This document shows positions 1-8,839 of a stretch of DNA of 64,000 bases, piece by piece. The notes under the pieces are model-generated. The model saw only the letters and a list, made by a program, of their open reading frames with translations. It did no database searches and was not told the origin of the DNA. A program made the translations under genes and the position numbers. The first letter of the stretch is position 1, and every line of letters begins with the position of its first letter. Source of the DNA: Hemiscyllium ocellatum (taxonomy: Eukaryota); the NCBI RefSeq assembly GCF_020745735.1, contig NW_026867842.1:1-64000 (forward strand). Reading direction: 5' to 3'.

Positions 1-1560
1 AAAGCTGGGTGGGGAGCAGTGAAGAAGATGCAGAGATGCCTGTGTCCGTGTATACCAGTCACTGAAAGTCAGCGTGTAGGTGCAGCAGGCAGTGCAGAAG
101 GTAAATGATATGATAGTGAGAGAATTTGCGTACAGGAACAGGGATGTCTTGCTGTAATTGTATGGGGCCTTAGTGAGTCCACTCCTGAATATTCAAACCA
201 AAACTGGTTCAGTGACAGGAGACAGAGGGTGGAGGCAGAAATTTGTTTATGTGACTGGGCCCAGTGTGCAGTGGGATACCACAGGGATCAGTGCTGGGTC
301 CCTTATTGTTCAGGATGTATTGAAACCACAGGCCTGGATCCAACTTCTGGACAGATGGAACTTACCCCTGATAAATGTGAGGTGATGAACTTTGGACAAT
401 GTAACAGGTGAATAAAGTATTGATGAAATCATATGGGACACTTGCCTTTATCATTTCAGGTATAGATGAGAAGACCAGGGAAGATATGTTGGAGCTATTC
501 AGAATTTTTGTTAGGCCACAGCTGGAGTACTGTGTGCAGTTCTGGTCACCACGCAATCGGAAGGATGGGATTGTATTGGAGGGGGTGCAGAGAATAGTCA
601 CCAGGATGTTGCTTGGGATGAAGCATTTCAGCGATGAAGAGAGGCTGGATAAACTCGGGTTGTTTTCTTTGAAGCAGAGAAGGTTGAGAGGACCTGATAG
701 AGGTGTAAACGGCTATGAGGGGAATGGACACAATGAATAGAAAGCAGTTGTTCCTCTTCTTCGGAGTTGGCACACATTCACTGTGAAAGACAGGAGCTTC
801 ATAGGGGATTTGAAGAGGAGATTTTCACCCAGAGGGTGGTGGGGGTCTGGTTTGCATTGTCTGGGCTGGTAGTTGAGGAGGACTTTTAAAAGTACTTGGA
901 TTAACCCTTGAAATATCATAACATTTAAAGCTATGGGCCTTGTGTTGGAAAGTTGGATGAATGCAGGTTTACTGTAGTTTGGATGGTACAGGTACAATGG
1001 GTCGAAGGGCCTCTTCTGTACTGTGCGATTTTACGATTGTATTGTGTGCAGTTTTGGTCTACTTATCTGAGGAAAGATGTTCTGGCTGTGGAGGGAGGGC
1101 AGCGAAGGTTTACCAGGCTGACTCCTGGGATGACAGCAATTAGACTTAGATCTGATGAGAAACTGGATCAGTTAGGATTATATTCACTGGAGGTTAGAAG
1201 ATGATGGGGAGTCACACTGAAAACTCTAGAATCCTAACAGGACAAGACAGGATGTTCCTGATGACGAAGGAGTCCAGAATCAAGGATTAAAGTTTAAGGA
1301 TACGGGAAAGGACATTTAGAGCTGAGATGGAGAGAAATATTTTCATTCTACAGGAAGCCTGTTGAAGTTTCTGTCACTGAAAGCAGTTCAGCTCAAACCA
1401 CTGAATGTTTTCCAGAAAGGGCACAATACAGTTCTTAGAATGAAAGGGATCAAAGGTTATGGGGATGAAGCAGGAACAGGCAACTGAGTTGGATGATCAG
1501 CCATGATCATATTGAATGGCAGAACAGGCTCGAAGGGCTGAATGGCCTATTCCTGCTCCG
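1..1560 (+). mobile_element. Cluster of decayed CR1-clade LINE 3' fragments (ORF2 C-terminus and tail)
   Basis: Frames encode LEYCVQFWSP..RKD..LEGVQR..TRMLLGM (408-740) and YCVQFWSTYLRKDVLAVEGGQRRFTRLTPGM (953-1204), typical of the CR1 ORF2 C-terminus; many stops and frameshifts. Confidence 0.85.
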
Positions 1561-1829
1561 AGTTTCACTGTTTGAGAGATTGTTCATCAACGTGGAACCA
1601 TATTGAATAAGAGAAAAAACATTTGCCTTGGGTTAGGAATTAGTTTGGAGATAGGAGACAGTGTGTGGAAATAATGTGTGTGTCCTCCAATGAGCAAGAG
1701 GTGAATAGTGGTGTGCCCAGGGATCCGTCCTGGGACTTTAGCATTTCATAATATTTCTGAATGACTTGGATGAAGGAATAGAGAGCCATATATCCAAGAT
1801 TGCTGACCACACTGAGTGAGGCAGCTAGG

Positions 1830-2180
1830 AGGAGGTTACAGAGATGGGGAGGGTGGATGGACAAGGAGGGACTTCAGAACAAGGACGAGAATTTGAAAAT
1901 CGAGGTGTTATTGGACCGGGAGCCAATGTCGCTCAGTGAGGACGGTGGGGGATGGGGATGGGATTTGTTGCGAGTTCGGATACGGGCAGCAGAGTTTTGG
2001 GGTGAGCTGAAGTTTACAGAGGGCAGTGGCTGTGATGTGGCCCAAGACAACATTAGAATGGTCATGTTTGGAGTCCCAAAGCAACGAGTGGGACTTTCAG
2101 TGAGTGATCTCTGTGCTGTGGAGGATTTGGGGCTCAGATCAGCCTCAAAGATGAGGCCAAGATTGTAAGGAATCTGGTAC
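1830..2180 (-). mobile_element. L2-clade LINE RT fragment
   Basis: Minus frame ...PQNSAARIRT resembles the L2 ORF2 motif LQxxQNSAARIL. Confidence 0.6.
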
Positions 2181-2405
2181 TAAATAAAAGCCGAAAAAGC
2201 TGCAGATGCTGCAAATGAGGAACAAAACAGAAATTGCTGGAAAAGCTCGGCAGGTCTGGCACCATCTGTGGAGAGAAAGCAGAGTTAAAATTTTGGGACG
2301 TGAACCTTCTCAGAACTGTTCTGAGGAAGGGTCACTCGACCTGAAAGGTTAACTCTGATTTCTTTCCCCAGATGCTGCCAGACCTGCTGAGGTATTCTGT
2401 TTTTG
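2180..2405. mobile_element. Penelope-derived inverted pseudo-LTR pair (hairpin/MITE-like) with degenerate hammerhead motifs
   Basis: Arms 'gcaggtctggcaccatctgtggagagaaagcagagttaa' and 'ttaactctgatttctttccccagatgctgccagacctgc' are reverse complements; CTGAGGA-A-GGGTC-actc-GACCT-GAAA lies at 2321-2346. Confidence 0.65.
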
Positions 2406-2749
2406 TAAAGAGTCTGGTTGAGCAGCAGACAGTGCTCAGGGAGAGGGATGGAGATTGTACCGGAGCTGAAGAGGATGACTTTGATCTTCCCAATGTGTTT
2501 CCCAGTGAGCCTGGCTCCTCAGTCCTGACTGCTCTTAGCTGCTGTGATTGTCACTGATTGGACACTTATTATTAGAGATTCTGACCACAGCAGAAAGCCC
2601 CAGTGTAAAAAATAACTGCAAAGACTGTCAGATCGCAAGGTTGAAACTTCACCAAGTGAGGAAGTGAAAGAAGGAGCTCGGAGCAGCTGGACATTTGTTA
2701 CTGAGACGGGAGAAAACTGTGAACTGTCTGCACTCCCTGGAATCTGACA

Positions 2750-3010
2750 GCACATAAGAACATTAAAACCAGGAGCAGGAGCAGGCTCTCTGGCCTCTTG
2801 GGCTGCTCTGCCATTCAGTAAGATCATGGCTGATCTTTTCATGGCCTCAGCTCCCCTACCCACCTTTTCACCAAAACCCTTGATTCATTTACTGTTCAAA
2901 AAATTACCTAAATCAGCTTTAAAAACATTTACTGAGGAAACCTCAACGACTTCGCTGGGCAGGGAATTCCATAGATTCACCACCCTCTGGGTGAAGAAGT
3001 TCCTTCTCAA
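2750..3010 (-). mobile_element. CR1 LINE 3' end
   Basis: Minus frame LRRNFFTQRVVNLWNSLPSEVVEVSSVNVFK followed by the typical CR1 tail. Confidence 0.8.
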
Positions 3011-3479
3011 TTTAGTCTTAAATCTGCCCCCCCACCCCCCCCCCACCTGTGGTGTCTGTGAGTGATCCAATTATTCCCACTGCCCCCTCTCTCCCCATAA
3101 CCCAGCAAATCTTTCCTTTCAGCTCGATCTCCAGCTGCCTCTTGTTGACTTGGGTCCACAGCAGAGACTGTCCCTAACCTGGGCTCCAAGCTGGCATCTC
3201 ATTCATTCATTGGGAGGCAAACTGCCTGGGCTGGGAAATGGATCTCAGGACCCTGAACATTCCCTCTCCCCTCCTGAGGGACATTTGATGCTGAGGTTTA
3301 GTTCTGTGGAGCTGTTTAATATATGCCTACCATACACACTTCTCCATTCTGTGTGTAAAAGGCTGGAGCCTGCCAGCAGGATATTCAACTGCAGGAGCCG
3401 TCATCAATTTGACCAATTCTGACCACACCCACTCTCCGTAAACTTTCAACTAATTACTAAAATCAAATCTGTCAATCTC

Positions 3480-3760
3480 CTCCTTGGTATGAGACAGGGA
3501 AGGGGCCATTTCATTCCAGACAATTTGGAATTTATGGAGCACAGATGGAGTAAGCTGAGAGAGGACATCAGAATGTTGGAGTTTGGAGGTGGGATGAGCA
3601 GGAATAAGAGTTTCTGTGGTCAAGGGGCTGATGTAATGCAGAGACAAACAATGTAGTGGAGATTGAAATAAGAGACCTAGGTGATGGAGAGGAAGTGGGG
3701 TTTGAAGCTCCAATACTGGAGGGTCCAGGGGGAAAGAAGCTCAGGCTTATTGCTGTCCAT
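3480..3760 (-). mobile_element. L2-clade LINE RT fragment
   Basis: Minus frame LTTETLIPAHPTSKLQHS..LHKFQIVWN matches the L2 pattern ETLIHAFxTSRLDY..LQxxQN. Confidence 0.6.
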
Positions 3761-3849
3761 TGGACATTCCAGTGGGATGGAGGCCCATGTTTCCTGATCT
3801 CTGTTGGAGGTTCCAATTGAGTCCCATGGAATTGGAATGTTGGCATTTC

Positions 3850-4890
3850 TTGCAGCAATTGGAATCTTGGTATTTATTATAAAAGGACTGAATTACAGAA
3901 ATAAAGAAATATTGTGACAATTCTATTAGGCATTGGTGAGACCACATCTGAAGCATTGTGTCCAGTTGTGGTCTCCTTACTTGGTGAAGGATATGGTGGC
4001 ACTGGATTCAGTTCAGAGGATGTTCACCAGACTGATTCCCCGGATGATAGGGCTGCCATATGAGGAATGGTTGAATAGCTAGGGCTTGTACTCACTGGAA
4101 TTCAGTTGTATGAAGGGGAGATCTGAGTGAAGTATATAAGATGCTAAAGGAGATTGATAGGGCAAGCATTGAACAGATGTACTCTCTTGTGGGCCAGTCT
4201 CGAACAAGAGGTCATAGACATAGAGTGAGAGGAGGTATGTTTAAAACTGAGATGAGGAGAAACTACAGGTGACAGAGTGGTGCAGTGGTGAGCACTGCTG
4301 CCTCACAGTGCCAGGGCCCCAGGTTCGACTCCACCCTCAGGCAACTGCATGGAGTTTGCACATTCTCCCCCTGTCTGTGTGAGCTTCATCTGTGTGCTCT
4401 GATTTCCTCCCACAGTCTAATGATGTACACGTTCAGAGGATTGGCCATGCTAATTTACCCATAGTGTCCAGGAAAGTGTAGGTTAGATTCATTAGTCATG
4501 GGAAATATAGGGTTACAGGGAAAAGGTTCCAGAATGGCTCTGGGTGGAATGCTCTTTGAAGGGTTGGTGTGGACTTATTGGGCTGAATGGCCTGGTTTCA
4601 TACTGTATGGAATCTGTTCCATTCCAACTACTTCTCGCAGAAGGTTGCGAATCTGTGGATGTCAGTGCGCACCATCATCTCCACCCCCCTCCCCACTCCC
4701 CCCCCCCCTCCCCACCCCCTTCCTCAAGCACAGTGGAGGCAGAATCAATCAACAGATTCAAGAAAGAAACAGATATCTTTCTGATGAAAAGCAGGATAGA
4801 GGGCAATAGGTAGCCGTCTGGAAAGTGGAGAGGAGGTTAAGTTCAGCCATGATCATGTTAAATAGGAAACGGGTTTGATTACCTATTCCT
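3850..4890 (+). mobile_element. CR1 LINE 3' fragment interrupted by a SINE
   Basis: CR1 C-terminal sequence resumes after the SINE ('aactac|ttctcgcagaaggttgcgaatctgtgg'). Confidence 0.8.
4267..4625 (+). mobile_element. HE1-like V-SINE inserted in CR1 with 6-bp target-site duplication
   Basis: tRNA-like head 'gtggtgcagtggtgagcactgctgcctcacag', V-domain 'gtgtggagtttgcacattctcccc'; TSD aactac at 4261-4266 and 4626-4631. Confidence 0.85.
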
Positions 4891-4930
4891 GCTCCTCATT
4901 CCGAAGTTCAATCTTGCAATGAGATCCTTG

Positions 4931-5282
4931 TTTACTGGTCTGTATTGGAGGATCCATTCACAAAGAGTCACATCTTTACTGGTCTGTATTGGAGGAGCCA
5001 GTTTGAAGCTCGTCTATATTTACTGGTCTGCACTGGAGAGTTCAAAGAAATGGAGGCCTTTCTCTCCTGGTTTCTATTGGAGGGCCCAGTAGGAATAAGG
5101 TCCATGTTAACTAGGCTCTGCTCGAGTATTCAGTGGGAAATAGACCCATATTTACTGGTCTCCATTGGAGGCTCCAGCGGCAAAGATGCCTATGTTTAAT
5201 GGTCTCTACTGGAGAGTTCTGTGGGAATGAATTCCATGCTTACTGGTCTCCACTGGACAGTCCAGTGGGACATGGATACTGT
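4931..5282. repeat. Degenerate 44-bp tandem array, 8 units
   Basis: Core TTTACTGGTCTnyAyTGGAG starts at 4931, 4975, 5019, 5063, 5107, 5151, 5195 and 5239, an exact 44-bp period. Confidence 0.9.
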
Positions 5283-5739
5283 AGTGAGTGTGGGGCTCAT
5301 TTCCTTTCTGTAGTAACTGTGTGATGGTCCAATCCTCATACCAATAAAACTGGAGCTTGACCATGGAAGGGGAAGGTGAGGGGAAAGGATTGGAACATGT
5401 TGTGAATGGATAGGATGGGTCAATGGGTCAGATCCTGTCCTATCCCTCCAGGTCATACTGATGGCCTGAGGATCTCCTCCCTCTGCTGGGCTTTCATGGA
5501 ATGAGATTTGTGTCCAAACCAGTCCCCAGGAAGAATGGGCCAACAGCACAGAATTGCCCTTCATTTGACAAGAATCTGACCGTCTTCCTGAGAGAGGCCA
5601 AACCCTGGTCAATGTGGGAAATGGGCCTTTATTCCAGGAGTAGACATACTCCTGGTGTCAAGGGTTAACATCCATTAGATTTGGAGGAGATATAACCTGT
5701 ATTTAACTTTTACCACTTGGGACCTTGTTGGAAAGGCAG

Positions 5740-5748
5740 AGAGTGTGC

Positions 5749-5784
<36 letters not shown>

Positions 5785-7050
5785 ATGTTGACGAGAGAGA
5801 CATAGAAGGGCAGGGTGTGAAAGTGAGAGAGAGCAGGCTAAAGAATCTCAGGCAGTGTAAGATGAGTAAAAGCGGGGGGAGAGAGAGAGGTAGAGAGAGG
5901 TAGAGATGGTGGAGTTGAAGAATAGAGATAGAGCGAGATAGAGTATGAGACAGTGTGACTGAGAGAGAGGGGACAGAGAGAGAGACAGACAGACAGAGTA
6001 GGTGTGAGACAAAGAGTAGAGGCAATCCAGTGAAAGAGAGAGACAGACGTGCAGAGATGTTCTGGTCACCATATTATGAGAAAGATATGACTGTACTCGA
6101 GATGGTGCAAAGATTTCCCAGGATGCTGCCTGGCCTGGAGGGTGTGAGCTATGAGGAAGGATTGGAAAGTTTGGGATTGTTTCTCTTGGAGCAGTGAAGG
6201 TTGAGAGGGAACCTGCTGAAGGGCAAAAAGATTATGAGAGGCAGGGATAGAGTGGACAGGAAGGCAACTTTTTCCATGAATAGAGGGATCAATATCCAGG
6301 GACAGAGATTGGAGATTACACAGACATACAAAGATAGAAATAGAGAGCAGGAGTAGGGTTAGGTTTAGGGTTAGGGTTAGGGTTAGGGTTAGGGATTGGC
6401 CCTGTGAGTCTGTTCTGCCATTCAATATGACCATGGCTGATCCTCTCCCTCAATGCCAAGCTGGGATTGATGTTGCTAGATCATTGATGATCAGTAGAGA
6501 CTTGTTAAATGCTGTTCATGTCATTGAACTTTTGATTGAGAGAGACACAGAAGACACACACAGACAGAGACAGAGAGCAAGTGTACATTGTGAGATTGAG
6601 TGAGAGAGGGCGAGGCATTTAATTGCTGCCCCAGGACTCACTGTTCCAATGTCCTGGAATAATGCCTGCTAGAGAGTGACTGGAGGGAGGGAAACAAAGA
6701 GAGAGTGAGGCAATTAGAGATTGAGGGTATAAGGAGAGAATGAGTGAGGAATTAGGTAGTAATATAAGTGAAGGAGAAGAATGAATGATCAGAAAGAGAG
6801 AGAGAGAGAGACCAACCAAAACAGAAGGGAGGGAGATAAACAGAATGTCAAACATACATGGAAAAAAGGAAAGATAGAAGTGGTTATATAATTGGGAGAG
6901 GACAGAGTCGGAGACGGAAATAGAAAAAGAGAGAGAAAGTCAACGAATAACAAGAACGTATACAAGAGAAGGGTGAGAAAGAGAAAAAAGGGAAAAGGGA
7001 GAAAGAAAAGAAAGGATGAGAGAGAGAGAGAGAGGAGAGAGAAGAGGAAG
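5740..7050. repeat. GA-rich polypurine low-complexity tracts (about 5740-6050 and 6540-7050) with a CR1 fragment at about 6055-6300
   Basis: (GA)n, (GT)n and GAGA/GAAA-rich runs on the + strand; the CR1 piece encodes FWSPYYEKDMTVLEMVQRFPRMLPGL. Confidence 0.85.
6354..6394 (+). repeat. Interstitial telomeric repeat
   Basis: Five perfect TTAGGG at 6365-6394, preceded by two imperfect units. Confidence 0.9.
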
Positions 7051-7140
7051 TGTGAGGGGCTGACGTGGCTCTCTCTGCCTGATACCATTTACATACTGAG
7101 GAACACCCAGTCAGACTCTCACAGGCTGCAGCTTTATAAA
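7042..7140 (+). promoter_or_regulatory. Ig light-chain V promoter
   Basis: AAGAGGAAGTG 7042-7052 (PU.1/Spi-type), TGACGTGG 7061-7068, octamer variant ATTTACAT 7087-7094, TATAAA 7135-7140; ATG at 7201. Confidence 0.75.
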
Positions 7141-7200
7141 GCAGAGCCCAGTGAAGGGAGAGTTTATCAGGAACCAGGCACAGGGACAGGAGCACACACC

Positions 7201-7249
7201 ATGATTTCACACATCCAGCTGATCTGGCCCCTGGCATTCTGTGTCGCAG
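7201..7249 (+). CDS. IGKV: Ig light-chain leader exon (MISHIQLIWPLAFCVA-G, phase 1)
   Basis: Hydrophobic 16 codons plus one base, GT donor at 7250; splices in frame to the AG acceptor at 7434-7435. Confidence 0.95.
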
Positions 7250-7435
7250 GTACAAATCTCTCTCCTTCCACCTTGAATCTTTAGCTGCTCTCCATTTCAC
7301 TCCAATTCCACTGACTTGTGATTGAAGGGAAAATGCTGAAACCAGAGGAATGCTCAGTGTCTCCAACAATCTCTCATTTGACCGGCTCTTTCTGTGACAG
7401 TTCTGACTTCACTGTGTTTCTCTCTGACCCCTCAG

Positions 7436-7740
7436 GTATCAATGGAGAGATTATCATGACCCAGTCTCCCCCGGTGTTGTCAGTGGAACTGGGCCAGACC
7501 GCAACCATCACCTGTACGGCCAGTCAAGACATTAGCAGCTACCTCAGTTGGTACCAGCAGCGAGAAGGTCAGAAACCCTCTCTCCTGATCTATGATGCAA
7601 CATCTCGATACACAGGAGTCTCCGAGCGATTCACCGGCAGTGGATCAGGGACCAGTTACACCCTGACAATCAGCAACGTTCAGAATGAGGATGTCGCTGA
7701 CTATTACTGTCAGAACAGCTGGTATAGCAGCTCCGCTCAA
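7436..7740 (+). CDS. IGKV: Ig light-chain V exon, shark kappa (type III/NS4)-like, unrearranged
   Basis: (G)[101 protein letters not shown]: both Cys, WYQQ, GSGSGT and DxxDYYC are intact. Isotype assigned from recalled similarity to nurse shark NS4 and the 12-RSS on V. Confidence 0.95.
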
Positions 7741-7768
7741 CACAGTGATACAGAGCCATACAAAAACC
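7741..7768 (+). other. 12-spacer recombination signal sequence of V
   Basis: CACAGTG (7741-7747), 12-nt spacer ATACAGAGCCAT, ACAAAAACC (7760-7768): perfect consensus. Confidence 0.98.
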
Positions 7769-8199
7769 TCAAGACACACAGCACCGCCTCATGCACTGAC
7801 ACATCAATCAGTTATATAAAATGTATAATAATGGACACACAGTCCCACAGCCTGAACTGTCACATCCACAATTAGATACAAATGAAACTGAACAAATTAC
7901 CCCATGCTGGGATTGTCACTGTCCATGACACACTCCAGTCCCTGTGGTGTCCACCGCTCACTGAAGGCCTCAAGTTTCCCTCTGACACTCCATGACCACG
8001 CGTGAAGAACAGCTGCAAGATTTAATATCGAAAAATAAATTTCACAAAGCTCCCAAGCCCAGCTGGACACAGAGAGAGATGGAGACAGAAAGACACATGA
8101 ATGAGGGAGAGACAGAGAGGGGCAGAAAGAAGTTGAGAGTGAACGAGAGACTGGGAGACAGGGAGAGGTTGAGAGTGATGGGGGGAAGCAGAGAGCAGA

Positions 8200-8238
8200 G
8201 GTTTTTGTACAGCCTCTGCACTGGGAGCTCTCACTGTG
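8200..8238 (-). other. 23-spacer recombination signal sequence of J
   Basis: GGTTTTTGT (8200-8208), 23-nt spacer, CACTGTG (8232-8238): perfect consensus. Confidence 0.98.
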
Positions 8239-8273
8239 GGACACGTTCGGTAAAGGAACCAAGCTCAGACTGA
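8239..8273 (+). CDS. IGKJ: Ig light-chain J segment (DTFGKGTKLRL)
   Basis: FGxGTKL motif; consensus donor GTAAGT at 8274-8279; phase 1 matches the C exon (A+GC = Ser). Confidence 0.96.
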
Positions 8274-8646
8274 GTAAGTAAACCTCAATCCTCTGTTATT
8301 AACCCTTTCAATACTGAAACACACTTTCTAAAATACAGTTACTGATTTGTTGAAGGTGTTAGTGGGGAGCTGCAGTGAACGAAATGGTTGATTAAGGAGC
8401 ACTGTGTCTAACAGTTGTCCAACCGTACCACTTCAGTTCCATTGCCCCCTTTAAGAAGCAAGATATAAGTCAGTCAGTTTTACTCACCGTGTGGAGGAGC
8501 TCTGTCCATTTGCAGCCTGTGGTCCCATTCCTGCAGCATGGAGTGAAATCAGTGAGTAGCCTCCTGCCAGTCTCAGTGTGACGGACACGGGGCAGAGTTT
8601 GATGTGAGCTCTGGCTCCCTGTCCCAGTCTCTGATCTCACTGACCT

Positions 8647-8682
<36 letters not shown>
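8647..8682. repeat. (CAG)12 microsatellite in the J-C intron
   Basis: Twelve uninterrupted CAG units. Confidence 0.95.
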
Positions 8683-8684
<2 letters not shown>

Positions 8685-8839
8685 CAGTGAGACACCGAGC
8701 TCCCACCTCCCCCAGCTTTAACTCTGCTCAATCACACAATCACAGAATAGTTACAGTGCACAAGGAGGCCATTCCGTCCATCCTGTCTGTACTGGTTCTC
8801 CGACTGAGCAATTCACTGAGTGTCATTCTCCTGCCTTCT

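Noticed and set aside
4931-5282. CRISPR array
   Set aside because: Vertebrate DNA with no cas genes; the apparent spacers are homologous to each other (consensus about RGTCCAGTGGGAA..CCAT), so this is a diverged tandem repeat.
7318-7875. 185-aa single-exon ORF as the real protein
   Set aside because: Its N-terminus is intron sequence and its C-terminus reads through the RSS; the true product is spliced leader-V and needs V-J joining.
8470-8706. Antisense secreted protein with a poly-Leu signal peptide
   Set aside because: The start is GTG, with no in-frame ATG before an upstream stop (8728-8730); the Leu run is simply the (CAG)12 repeat read in reverse.
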